Source: Treponemataceae bacterium (GTDB lineage Bacteria > Spirochaetota > Spirochaetia > Treponematales > Rectinemataceae). Taken from it: DNA of 64,000 nt. The stretch spans positions 384,001-448,000 of the forward strand of contig CAXXVZ010000005.1 of NCBI GenBank assembly GCA_963678065.2. The letters are read 5' to 3'. How positions within the stretch are numbered: the stretch's first letter is position 1; every line of letters begins with the position of its first letter. The notes beneath the pieces are model-generated. The model saw only the letters and a program-made list of their open reading frames with translations, ran no database searches and was not told the origin of the DNA. The translations under genes and the position numbers were made by a program. Positions 1-8,625 of the stretch are shown here, one piece after another.

Positions 1-2
1 CC

Positions 3-107
3 GAGGTCCCGAAAGGCATCCGCGGAATACTGACCGATGTGTCCCACCTCGATCCTGCGATACCGGGCGAGAAAATCATCGTCGATACTATCGCGTGCAC
101 CGCGTGA
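3..107 (+). CDS. 3' end of an unidentified CDS entering from the left edge (EVPKGIRGILTDVSHLDPAIPGEKIIVDTIACTA*)
   Basis: Open frame from position 3 to TGA at 105-107 with GC-rich third positions; converges on the URO-D-family gene. Confidence 0.45.
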   Translation, partial: EVPKGIRGILTDVSHLDPAIPGEKIIVDTIACTA

Positions 108-188
108 GTCGCGGATCGCCCGGCTGGCCGCTGGAAAAAGGACTGCCGGGCATGGTCGCGACGCGTCCAGGCGGCCGCAGCGCTTCCC

Positions 189-1325
189 TCAGAATTCCTC
201 TCTGAACCTCTCGCAATAGTAGGCGACACAGTCCCACTCGGCGTCGGGCGGAATTCTGTGGTCGGGGCAGGGGATGTAGCCGCCCAGCTCGACGAGGGGT
301 TTCAGTCTCTCGATCTCGGCATCGACTGCCGCTCTGCCGCGCGAAAAAACCACCTTGTCCACGCCGCCGACACCGCGCAGAGACCTGCCGTAGCGCTCGC
401 GCCAGGGGGCGATCGAGGCGCGCCAGGTGCCCACTTCGATGGGGAACATCGTGTTGACTCCGTTTCCGAGCCAGGTCGGGATGAGGGAATCGATGAGGCC
501 GTCGCAGTCGAGGGAAACGATCGAAATGCCGCTCCGGGCGAGGCGCTCCGTTATGCGCGCGTACCAGGGGCCGACCAGAGCTTCGAACACGGCGGGGTTG
601 ATGAGAGGGCCGTTCTTGAAGCAGATGTCCTCCCAGAAATGCCCGAAATCGAAGGTGAGGCCGAGTCCGGCGGCCCGGTTCAGAGTTTCGTCGACGAGGG
701 AGAGCGCGAGCTGCCCCACCCTGTCGATGATCTCGCAAAAGAGTTCCTGATCGTCGACCTGCAGGTATGCGGAGTTTTCCACGCCGAGCATGTTGCGTAT
801 CTCGCCGAAAAGACTGCCGCACCAGAGACCCAAAGGTTTATCCGCGAGCTTTCCGGCGGCCTTTGCCACGGCGAGACGCGCGAGTCCCGCGCCGTCGACG
901 CGATCGGGCGACCACCTCAGTCTCGGTTCGACGAGCCTCTCCCATGAATCCCTGTCTTCGAGCGTGTAACCGACCTCGGAAGGGATGCAGACGATGCCGG
1001 GCTTCTCGATGACGATGGCGCCCGAGGAATTACGGACTTTCATGGAGCCGTCTTTCAGGGTTTCGAGCACGGTCTTCTCGAAAGGAGGAAAGAGCGCCGC
1101 GGTTCCTTCCACGCTCTGCCCCCAGCCGAAATCGAAACCGAGCGCACGCGCCACGGCATCTTCGCGGTCGCTCTGGTAATGATACCCTTCGGCGATGGCC
1201 TGTTCGATCCGTCCTTCCTGGGCCCATTTTTGCACGGTCTCGGGCCAGAATCCGAAATGCACGATGGGCACCCGGTCATACGTCCCGTAATTCAGAATCG
1301 CCAGCGCGTTTTCCCTGTCGGTCAT
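189..1325 (-). CDS. Uroporphyrinogen decarboxylase (URO-D)/MtaA-CmuA superfamily protein
   Basis: MTDRE..DRVP N-terminus, FWEDICFKNGPLINP, LDCDG, GGVDK, GGYIPCPDHRIP; RBS GAGGGGAAGGA; start overlaps the DeoR stop (ATGA). Confidence 0.8.
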   Translation of the reverse strand: MTDRENALAILNYGTYDRVPIVHFGFWPETVQKWAQEGRIEQAIAEGYHYQSDREDAVARALGFDFGWGQSVEGTAALFPPFEKTVLETLKDGSMKVRNSSGAIVIEKPGIVCIPSEVGYTLEDRDSWERLVEPRLRWSPDRVDGAGLARLAVAKAAGKLADKPLGLWCGSLFGEIRNMLGVENSAYLQVDDQELFCEIIDRVGQLALSLVDETLNRAAGLGLTFDFGHFWEDICFKNGPLINPAVFEALVGPWYARITERLARSGISIVSLDCDGLIDSLIPTWLGNGVNTMFPIEVGTWRASIAPWRERYGRSLRGVGGVDKVVFSRGRAAVDAEIERLKPLVELGGYIPCPDHRIPPDAEWDCVAYYCERFREEF

Positions 1326-2188
1326 GGGTCGTTCCTTCCCCTCGTGGATACGAGACTGGCGCCAGCCGGAGCTGTCGTGGCAGGTGTGGTCAGCACCTTG
1401 ATGCCGAGCCTGTCGAATTCGGCGATATTCTCCGGATCCATTCCTGCGTCAGTCACGACGATGGACACGGCGGAGAGGGCAGCAGTCCTGAAATTGGCGA
1501 CTCGCCCGAGCTTGCTGGAGTCCGCGACCAGAATGACTGATCCGTGCGTGTTCATGATCATGAGCCTGTTTATCCAGGATTCGGCCTGGGTCGAATTCGT
1601 GAGTCCGTACTTGATGCTGAAACCGTCGACTCCGATGACAGCCTTGTTCGCGTAGACGCCCTTGATCGCTTTCACTGCGAGCTCGCCCACGAGCGTGAAA
1701 GATTCCCGTCGGATTTCCCCGCCGGTCATGATGACATTGACGCTTTCGGAATGGACGTGAATGGGCGCGAGAGGATTGTTGGTGATGATCTTGACCCGGG
1801 GAATGTCGAGATGCTTGAGGAACTCGATCGTCGTGGAGCCCGAGTTGACGAAAACAGTGTCGCCTTCTTCGATGAGGGAGGCCGCGAGCTGGCCGATTGC
1901 CTGTTTTTCCGCCTGCTTCAGGGCGCTCTTCTGGGCGAATTGCGGCTCGAAGCCTATTCTGTCGTTGTAGATGGCTCCGCCGTGCGTCCGTTCGATGAGC
2001 CCTTTGCGCTCCAGAAGCTCCAGGTCGCGGCGGATGGTCATTTCCGTCACGCCGAGCGATTCCGCGAGCTCGGCGACACGGAGCGCGCCCTTCTGCCTTC
2101 CGAGAGCGCAGATCGCCTCCCGCCTTTGCTGAGGCGCCCGGTAGCTGCCGCCATCACCATTGGCCATCGCTGCCTCCACAGGCCCCAT
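1322..2188 (-). CDS. DeoR/GlpR-family transcriptional regulator
   Basis: HTH ELAESLGVTEMTIRRDL..RTHGGA; sensor domain EKQAIG, SGSTT, ITNN, TGGEIR, VADSSKLG, VTD; exact start uncertain. Confidence 0.95.
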   Translation of the reverse strand: MGPVEAAMANGDGGSYRAPQQRREAICALGRQKGALRVAELAESLGVTEMTIRRDLELLERKGLIERTHGGAIYNDRIGFEPQFAQKSALKQAEKQAIGQLAASLIEEGDTVFVNSGSTTIEFLKHLDIPRVKIITNNPLAPIHVHSESVNVIMTGGEIRRESFTLVGELAVKAIKGVYANKAVIGVDGFSIKYGLTNSTQAESWINRLMIMNTHGSVILVADSSKLGRVANFRTAALSAVSIVVTDAGMDPENIAEFDRLGIKVLTTPATTAPAGASLVSTRGRNDP

Positions 2189-2194
2189 GCGGCC

Positions 2195-3526
2195 TCAGTC
2201 TGGAACGTATTCGCTGAAATAGCGCGGGGAAAACACGGCGTCGACCGCCATATCGAGAACTCCGAGCTCGGAAATCAGATCCAGCACACTATATCTCGCG
2301 CGAATGAGCGACGCAATCCGCATGCTGTCGGCACAGGCCTTTCGGGAAAGCCCGATCTGGCCAGGTTCGACGGGGCAGGAGGCGTCGCGCAGCGCTCTTT
2401 TCAGCACGGCGAAGTCGGGTATCTGGCGGCGGACGCGTCCGGAAATTTCCTGCCAAAGCAGGGAGGCTGTCTGAGCCCGCCGGACAATTTCGGCTGATGG
2501 CGGGGTCTTTGCCTGGATTGTCTTTATAGCCTTCGGTTTCATGGGATTCCCGGCCGGAATGAGTTCCGCAAGTCTCATTCGGTAGCCAAGAAGGTCCCGC
2601 GAGGGCATGAAGCCCTCGCGCCGTATATGCCTGCCGATCGCCCCCTCTTCCGCGAACAGTTCCCGCATGAGGGCTGCTGCGATGAGGGTGCCGACAGCCA
2701 CCTTGAAGCCGTGGGAAATATCCTGTCCGTCTTTTTTCAGGTGGAACATTTCCCAGGTGTGCGACATGAAGTGCTCGGTGCCGGAGGCCGGACGGGAGTC
2801 ATGGTACCGCTGTATCGCGAGACCGGTGGAAATGAGCCCTTTGTACAGAATTCCTATGGACCTGCTGTCCCCCTTCTGTATTTCCGCGCCCCATGGAAGG
2901 AGGCTGACTGCCGCGGACTGGGCCAGATCCCAGGCGACGGGGTCTATCGCCTCGATTCCCATGAGATCCGCTATGAGCCAGTCCGCTCCTCCGGTCAGCT
3001 TCGCGATGATGTCGCCGTAGCCGGAAGCGATCATGGCACCGGGCGCGTGGACAATGATATCTTCGTCCGCGACTACGCACAGAGGGGGCGGACATTCCAG
3101 TGTGGTTTTGAATCCCGCGACGGTGATGGCGGCGCCGGAGGAAGAAAAGCCATCGACCGAAGGGGCGGTCGGGACACAGACATACCGCATACCGCATTCG
3201 AAAGCGGCGCGCTTGACGATGTCGTTGATGGTTCCCGAACCTACGGCTACCGGCACGGCTCCCGTCGCGGCAAGGACAGCGGCGATTCTGGCCACGAGTT
3301 GGTCACAGGCATAGGGAGGAGGGAAAGCGGGCAGGATGTGGAGGGTGGTTTCAGGCCGCCCTTCGAGGAATGCGGCGAAGCGCGAGGCCGCGACCTTCCA
3401 TATTGTCCCGTCAGTCACGATGATAAAGGGTCCCGGGCCGAAAAAGGGTTCGATGATTGTATGCAGGCGGTCAAGGATGCCCGGACCGTAGAGATTGATC
3501 GCTGTATCCGTCCCGGGAAAATTCAT
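2195..3526 (-). CDS. egsA: sn-glycerol-1-phosphate dehydrogenase (AraM/EgsA-type)
   Basis: GSGTINDIVK, PTAPSVDGFSS, ASGYGDIIAK, SRPASGTEHFMSH and HGFKV metal/NAD motifs; start placed at MNFPG because the upstream extension lies in the promoter region. Confidence 0.9.
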   Translation of the reverse strand: MNFPGTDTAINLYGPGILDRLHTIIEPFFGPGPFIIVTDGTIWKVAASRFAAFLEGRPETTLHILPAFPPPYACDQLVARIAAVLAATGAVPVAVGSGTINDIVKRAAFECGMRYVCVPTAPSVDGFSSSGAAITVAGFKTTLECPPPLCVVADEDIIVHAPGAMIASGYGDIIAKLTGGADWLIADLMGIEAIDPVAWDLAQSAAVSLLPWGAEIQKGDSRSIGILYKGLISTGLAIQRYHDSRPASGTEHFMSHTWEMFHLKKDGQDISHGFKVAVGTLIAAALMRELFAEEGAIGRHIRREGFMPSRDLLGYRMRLAELIPAGNPMKPKAIKTIQAKTPPSAEIVRRAQTASLLWQEISGRVRRQIPDFAVLKRALRDASCPVEPGQIGLSRKACADSMRIASLIRARYSVLDLISELGVLDMAVDAVFSPRYFSEYVPD

Positions 3527-3559
3527 GTTTGAATGTTCGATTTTGCTGTTCACGGAAGC

Positions 3560-3589
3560 ATTATATTCAGTGTATGTTCGAATAGTCAA
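3560..3589 (-). promoter_or_regulatory. sigma70-type promoter for the egsA-deoR-uroD operon
   Basis: Minus strand TTGACT (3589-3584), 18 bp, TATAAT (3565-3560). Confidence 0.65.
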
Positions 3590-3593
3590 CATA
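3573..3593. promoter_or_regulatory. Putative DeoR/GlpR operator
   Basis: TATGTT-CGAATAGTC-AACATA palindrome resembling the GlpR half-site WATGTTCG; further half-sites near 3532 (AATGTTCG) and 3619-3632 (AACATAAATATGTT). Confidence 0.6.
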
Positions 3594-3631
3594 GATAACA
3601 ATATTAAGATCGTTTTCTAACATAAATATGT

Positions 3632-3659
3632 TTGACAAATTGCGAATCAGTAGTATGAT
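3632..3659 (+). promoter_or_regulatory. sigma70-type promoter for the ABC-GDPD operon
   Basis: TTGACA (3632-3637), 16 bp, TATGAT (3654-3659); RBS AAGGAGG before ATG 3698. Confidence 0.7.
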
Positions 3660-3697
3660 GACCTTGAAAACATTCATGGCTCAAGGAGGCTGATCGT

Positions 3698-4933
3698 ATG
3701 AAGAAGATTGGATTCGCATGCGTGCTGCTGATTTTGGCGGGCACTCTGTTCGCGCAAAGTCCGGTGAAAGTGTCATTTTGGTACTCGGTGGGCGGCTCCG
3801 TGAGGGACGCAGTCGAAGCCAACATCAAGGAGTACAACGCTTCGCAGAGCAAGTACCAGATCGAAGGCGTCTTCGCGGGGAACTACGAGGAATCCCTGCA
3901 GAAAATCGTCTCGGCCATAGCGACCGGCAACGCTCCGGTGCTCATCCAGCAGGCGCATGTCTACGCGCCGCAGCTTATCGACGCGAATGCCCTGGAATCC
4001 CTCGATTCCTACATCGCGAAAGACAAATCCTTCCAGCGCGACCAGTTCTTCGAGCCCCTGTTCCAGTCCAATGTCTTCAAAGGAACGACCTACGGAATAG
4101 CCTTCAACTGCTCGACGCCGATCATGTACTACAACAAGGATATGTTCCGCAAGGCTGGCCTGAATCCCGACAAATTCCCCGCGACCTGGCAGGAACTCGC
4201 CGACGCCGCGAAGAAAATCAACGCGCTCGGAAAAGATACGAACGGCTTCATTCTGAGCTACGGTTCGGGATGGATCCTCCTGGGATTGACCTGGGAGCAG
4301 GGCGCCGACTGGCTGGCCAAGGACAATTCAAAGGTTCTCTGGAATGAGAAGGCCCATGTCGACGCCATATCCTTCTACAAGAAAATGGTCGATCAGAAGA
4401 CGGCGCTGTACAAGGGCGGCGAACCCGACTTCATGAGCGGCAAGGCCGCCATCATGATGGAATCGACAGCCTCCCTCACCCGGTTCAAGTCGACGGTTAC
4501 CTTCGATCTCGGCACGGCCGAGTTCCCGGCGGGGACCCGCAAGGCCGTTCCGCTCGGCGGCGGCAGCCTCTATGTCTTCAAGCGCAACGCGCAGAACCTG
4601 AAAGACGGCGCCTGGGACTTCATCAAGTTCATGACGAACAAGGAAACGCAGATGAAGTGGGCGGAGGCCACCGGTTACCTTGTCGTGCGGAAGGATGCCA
4701 AGGAAGCTCTGGACAAAGAAGGCTTCCTGCAGAAAGACAAGCGCTACAACACGACCTATCTCCAGCTGCCCAGTATCCGGCCGGAAAACGAGACCGCCTA
4801 TCCGTATTACATCAACCTGAGGAGCATCTACAACGACGCCTGGGACAAGATCATGATGCAGGGCGCCGATATCCAGACAACGATGGATGAGGCGACGAAA
4901 AAAGCAAACGCGGTCATCAAAGAAAACAAGTAG
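3698..4933 (+). CDS. ABC transporter substrate-binding protein, UgpB-like (CUT1 family)
   Basis: Signal peptide; VSFWYSVGG, YNASQSKY, GNYEE, FNCSTPIMYYNKDMF, PATWQEL, GGGSLYV, WAEATGYL. Confidence 0.9.
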   Translation: MKKIGFACVLLILAGTLFAQSPVKVSFWYSVGGSVRDAVEANIKEYNASQSKYQIEGVFAGNYEESLQKIVSAIATGNAPVLIQQAHVYAPQLIDANALESLDSYIAKDKSFQRDQFFEPLFQSNVFKGTTYGIAFNCSTPIMYYNKDMFRKAGLNPDKFPATWQELADAAKKINALGKDTNGFILSYGSGWILLGLTWEQGADWLAKDNSKVLWNEKAHVDAISFYKKMVDQKTALYKGGEPDFMSGKAAIMMESTASLTRFKSTVTFDLGTAEFPAGTRKAVPLGGGSLYVFKRNAQNLKDGAWDFIKFMTNKETQMKWAEATGYLVVRKDAKEALDKEGFLQKDKRYNTTYLQLPSIRPENETAYPYYINLRSIYNDAWDKIMMQGADIQTTMDEATKKANAVIKENK

Positions 4934-4950
4934 CGCCAGCGCTCGGAAGA

Positions 4951-4980
4951 AGCCAGCCGGACAACACTGCCCGGCTGGTT
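4951..4980 (+). terminator. Stem-loop after the substrate-binding gene (mRNA stabiliser or partial terminator)
   Basis: AGCCAGCCGG-N10-CCGGCTGGTT. Confidence 0.5.
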
Positions 4981-5051
4981 TCATATGCTGGCGCCGGATT
5001 ATCCTTGAGATCCGGTCGATCCGATCTTCACATCGCGTTTGAGAGGCATAC

Positions 5052-5957
5052 ATGGGAATTCAGAACAATAGGGGAAAAAGAACATTCCTGTTTTTTTCAC
5101 TCGCTCCCACCATTGTGTTGATGTTCGTGTTCAGCTACTTCAGCCTTTTCTATTCCTTCGGCGTATCCTTCCTGAAGTGGAACATGCTGGGCACCCCGAA
5201 ATGGATAGGGCTCAGGAACTATACCCAGATGTTCACGAATCCCGACTTCTGGAATTCGCTCAAGGTCACCGCCGTATACGCACTCTGGAGCGTGCCGCTC
5301 TGCCTCATTTTCGGGCTTCTCGTGGGGATGGTCCTGAAAGGCGCCTCGCTGGGGCGGTCCTTTTTCCGCGTCATGTTTTTCATTCCCGTCATCATTTCCA
5401 TGGTTGTGGCCTCGCTCATCTGGCGCTGGATTTTCAACCCTGGCCTCGGGATACTCAACACCTTCATTTACAGCACCGGCCTTGCGGATTCGGCTTCCCC
5501 GCCCCACTGGATGCAGTGGGTTCTCGACCCGAGCGGCGGCTCGATGGCCGCGCTCCTTATCGTCGGCATCTGGAAACGGATCGGCTACAACGGGGTAATC
5601 TTCCTGGCCGGGCTCCTCAACATTCCGGGCGAATACTACGAGGCCGCGACGCTGGAGGGGGCGTCAGCCCTCACGAAATTCCGCTACATCACCCTTCCCG
5701 TCCTGTCGCCGACAACATTTTTCGTGCTGATCATCCAGCTGATATCCTCGATCAAGGTTTCCGTCTCCCCCCTCGTCCTGACGAACGGAGGGCCGGTCGA
5801 CAGCACGAAAACGCTCGTCCTCTATATTTACAAAGAAGCTTTCGAAAACTTCCGCATGGGGTACGCTTCCGCAGTCGCGGTGTTCGTATTCCTCCTGATC
5901 CTGGCATTCACCGGCATCCAGATGCGATTCGGGGAAAAGAAGGTACACTACCAATGA
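5052..5957 (+). CDS. Carbohydrate ABC permease, UgpA/MalF-like
   Basis: WIGLRNY, multiple TM segments, EAA loop YYEAATLEGAS, MGYASA. Confidence 0.92.
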   Translation: MGIQNNRGKRTFLFFSLAPTIVLMFVFSYFSLFYSFGVSFLKWNMLGTPKWIGLRNYTQMFTNPDFWNSLKVTAVYALWSVPLCLIFGLLVGMVLKGASLGRSFFRVMFFIPVIISMVVASLIWRWIFNPGLGILNTFIYSTGLADSASPPHWMQWVLDPSGGSMAALLIVGIWKRIGYNGVIFLAGLLNIPGEYYEAATLEGASALTKFRYITLPVLSPTTFFVLIIQLISSIKVSVSPLVLTNGGPVDSTKTLVLYIYKEAFENFRMGYASAVAVFVFLLILAFTGIQMRFGEKKVHYQ

Positions 5958-6808
5958 AAGCGCCGACACCGATCAGAAATAAAACCAGGAAATTCCCGAA
6001 ACCGCTGGCGATGGCCGGATATGCCCTCCTCTTTTTCGTGGTCATCCTGTACGACTATCCCATCATCTGGATGATCATCACCGGATTCAAGGACAGCAGC
6101 GAGGTGTACACCTTCCCTCCCAGAATATTCCCCTCGCATCTGTCGTTCGACACCTTCGTGCAGGCGTGGAAGGCGACGCCGTGGATGCGCTACCTGGCCA
6201 ATACGCTTTTCGTGGCGACCATGATACCGCTTCTCAAGATCGTCCTTTCGGCCTTTGCCGGCTATGCCCTGACCTTCAGGTTCAAGGGATCGAATCTCAT
6301 ATTCCTCGCGATACTCGGCACCATGATGATTCCCGAAGAGACGACGCTGGTCGCAAAATATCTTGTCGTCAGCCGCCTCGGCTGGATCAACACCTATCTG
6401 GCTCTCATCGTGCCCGGGATGGTGGGCGCTTTTTCCATATTCATGTTCCGCCAGTATTTTCTGACGGTCCCGAAAGAGCTACAGGACGCGGCCGCGGTGG
6501 ATGGCTGCGGCCATTTCCGCTACATGCTGTCGATAGGGCTTCCACTTTCCAAATCGGTTGCGCTCACCGTGGGACTTCTCTCGTTCATCGACGAGTGGAA
6601 CTCGACGCTCTGGCCCCTCATCGTCATCAACAACGACAAAATGCGTCTGATGCAGATAGCGCTGAAGGCATTTTCCGATGACCGCGGCACGACCTGGAAT
6701 CAGCTGATGGCCGGCTGCTGCTTCGTCACCCTGCCCGTGCTGATTCTCTTCATGTTCGTGCAGAGGCAGTTCATCGAAGGCGTGGCGACCTCGGGCATCA
6801 AGGGCTGA
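5954..6808 (+). CDS. Carbohydrate ABC permease, UgpE/MalG-like
   Basis: ATG 5954 overlaps the upstream stop; VPKELQDAAAVDG EAA loop; QRQFIEGVATSGIKG C-terminus. Confidence 0.92.
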   Translation: MKAPTPIRNKTRKFPKPLAMAGYALLFFVVILYDYPIIWMIITGFKDSSEVYTFPPRIFPSHLSFDTFVQAWKATPWMRYLANTLFVATMIPLLKIVLSAFAGYALTFRFKGSNLIFLAILGTMMIPEETTLVAKYLVVSRLGWINTYLALIVPGMVGAFSIFMFRQYFLTVPKELQDAAAVDGCGHFRYMLSIGLPLSKSVALTVGLLSFIDEWNSTLWPLIVINNDKMRLMQIALKAFSDDRGTTWNQLMAGCCFVTLPVLILFMFVQRQFIEGVATSGIKG

Positions 6809-6869
6809 TGCGCCCGGCATCGCCTCGATCCGTCGCGACAATCCATGACGGCAATCACGGAGGAACACA

Positions 6870-7787
6870 GTGATACATGAAGGGATGCGCGGGATAGGCG
6901 GCGCGGTATTTTTCCAGGCTCACCGCGGTGGCGGCGGATTCGAGCGGCCCGACAACACGCTCACCGCGTGCAGATACGGCTGGGGCCTGGGCGGAATCGC
7001 GGAGCTGGATGTCCGCAAGACTCTCGACAAGCGGATAGTCTGCCTCCACGACCCGACCCTCAGGCGAACGACGGACGCGCCCGCCGCGATCGCGGACCTC
7101 CCCGTAAACGAACTTCCCTACGAGGCCTTCAGGCATCTCGACGCGGGGCGCTACTTCGGGCCGGAGTATGCCGGCGAACGTGTGCCGCTTCTCTCCGATG
7201 TCTTCGAAATAATGGCGAAGGATCCCTCCCTCTACGCCTATCTCGACTTGAAAGAGAGCGGACTCGCGGACATCACGGAGCTGATCGGAGAATATGGCCT
7301 CCAGGGCCGGACCATCGTGGCGGGCCCGGACCGGGGCTGGCTCGCCGACATCAAGCGCTCGCTTCCGCAGGTCTGCACACTGCACTGGCTCGGCAGAAGC
7401 GGAGCGGAAATCGAGTGTCAGTTCCGGGCCGACGCAGCGCGGGAATTCGCCGGATTGGACCAGATTCAGATCCATCTCAACGACGATCCCGACCGCGCAG
7501 GAGGCTGGCGCTATACAGCCAAGAAGGGATTCCTCGAAGAGGCCCTGGCCCTGTGCAAAGAGGCAAAGATCGATCTCGAGGTCTTCCCTTGGCACTTCGA
7601 AAAGAGCGATATCGACGATCTTCTCGGGATAGGACTGCGCTGGTACGCCACCGATGAACCCTCGCGCTTTCACGGCTATGTTTCGGAATGGCTCTCGCCG
7701 CCTTGTATCACTTCTTGGCGGCGGGAACTGGAGTCTTCGCAGGAGGCGCCTCGATGGACAGAAGGTCGACCTCGAAGACGAGGGTAG
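6870..7787 (+). CDS. Glycerophosphodiester phosphodiesterase (cytoplasmic, UgpQ-like)
   Basis: AHRGG, PDNTL, ELDV, CLHDPTLRRTT, LDAG, VPLLSDV, ATDEP; no signal peptide; 3' end overlaps the FKBP gene. Confidence 0.88.
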   Translation: MIHEGMRGIGGAVFFQAHRGGGGFERPDNTLTACRYGWGLGGIAELDVRKTLDKRIVCLHDPTLRRTTDAPAAIADLPVNELPYEAFRHLDAGRYFGPEYAGERVPLLSDVFEIMAKDPSLYAYLDLKESGLADITELIGEYGLQGRTIVAGPDRGWLADIKRSLPQVCTLHWLGRSGAEIECQFRADAAREFAGLDQIQIHLNDDPDRAGGWRYTAKKGFLEEALALCKEAKIDLEVFPWHFEKSDIDDLLGIGLRWYATDEPSRFHGYVSEWLSPPCITSWRRELESSQEAPRWTEGRPRRRG

Positions 7788-8454
7788 TGTTGGGCTCGAT
7801 CACGTTGCCGGCGCCCCGCTCGCCGTAGGCCAGAGCGGAGGGAATGTAGAACTTGTACTTGGATCCGACGGCCATGAGCTGGATGCCCTCGGTCCAGCCG
7901 GGGATGACGCCGTTGAGGGGGAAGACGGCCGGTTCCTTGCGCTTGATCGAGCTGTCGAACTCCGTGCCGTCGGTGAGGGTTCCCACGTAGTCGACCTTGA
8001 CGGTGTCCGTGGCCGCAGGCTTCAGGCCCGTCCCCTCTTTCAGCACTTCGTACTGGAGTCCGGAGGCTGTCGTCAGAACACCTTTTTTGGCCTTGTTGGT
8101 TTCGAGGAATTTCTTTTCGGCGACGAGATTGATCTCTGTTTTCTTGACGCGGGCGTCAGCGATGGCTGTCTGAACGGTTTCGCTCGCAGCTTCGTTGGTG
8201 ACCTTGGTCTTCTTGTTGACGAGGGCATCCTTGACGCCCTTCTGGAAAGCCGCGAGGTCGACGTCCACCGCGGTGGTTTTGAGGTCGGCGCCGATGAGGA
8301 CGCCGAATGCGTAGCCGATGTCGGCCTTGGTCGGCTTCGCGGCTGTGGCGGCGCTCTTGTCGGCCGTCGAGGCTGCATCGGTGGATTTGGGGGTCTTGGC
8401 CTGGCATGACAGGAGGAGGAGCGCGGCGAGCGCGGCGAACAGGATCTTTTTCAT
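7708..8454 (-). CDS. fkpA: FKBP-type peptidyl-prolyl cis-trans isomerase (FkpA/Mip-like lipoprotein)
   Basis: Lipobox LLLSC; TASGLQYEVL, VDYVGTLTDGTEFDSS, VIPGWTEG, YIPSALAYG, LVFEVDL. Confidence 0.93.
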   Translation of the reverse strand: MKKILFAALAALLLLSCQAKTPKSTDAASTADKSAATAAKPTKADIGYAFGVLIGADLKTTAVDVDLAAFQKGVKDALVNKKTKVTNEAASETVQTAIADARVKKTEINLVAEKKFLETNKAKKGVLTTASGLQYEVLKEGTGLKPAATDTVKVDYVGTLTDGTEFDSSIKRKEPAVFPLNGVIPGWTEGIQLMAVGSKYKFYIPSALAYGERGAGNVIEPNTTLVFEVDLLSIEAPPAKTPVPAAKK

Positions 8455-8625
8455 GTCCTTTCCTTAGGATCGGAGAATGTCGGCCGCGCGGATCACGGGC
8501 CGGCGGAGCGCCGGCAAGGATCCGGGAACGGACGCTGGGCGGACCGATATCCGCCACGATCAACTACCATACGGACAAACGGTTAAAACCGCAAGGAGGC
8601 CATGCGGCCCCGGGTCGCGCGGGGC

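Noticed and set aside
2195..3526. Archaeal-type ether lipid biosynthesis suggested by G1P dehydrogenase
   Set aside because: No GGGP synthase or other ether-lipid genes nearby; the importer/phosphodiesterase/repressor context is catabolic
5177..5953. Long N-terminal extensions in the ORF track (also 51372-51719, 41048-41170, 18366-18491, 60305-61003, 62288-62719)
   Set aside because: They overlap upstream genes in another frame; true starts are at the coupled or RBS-supported codons
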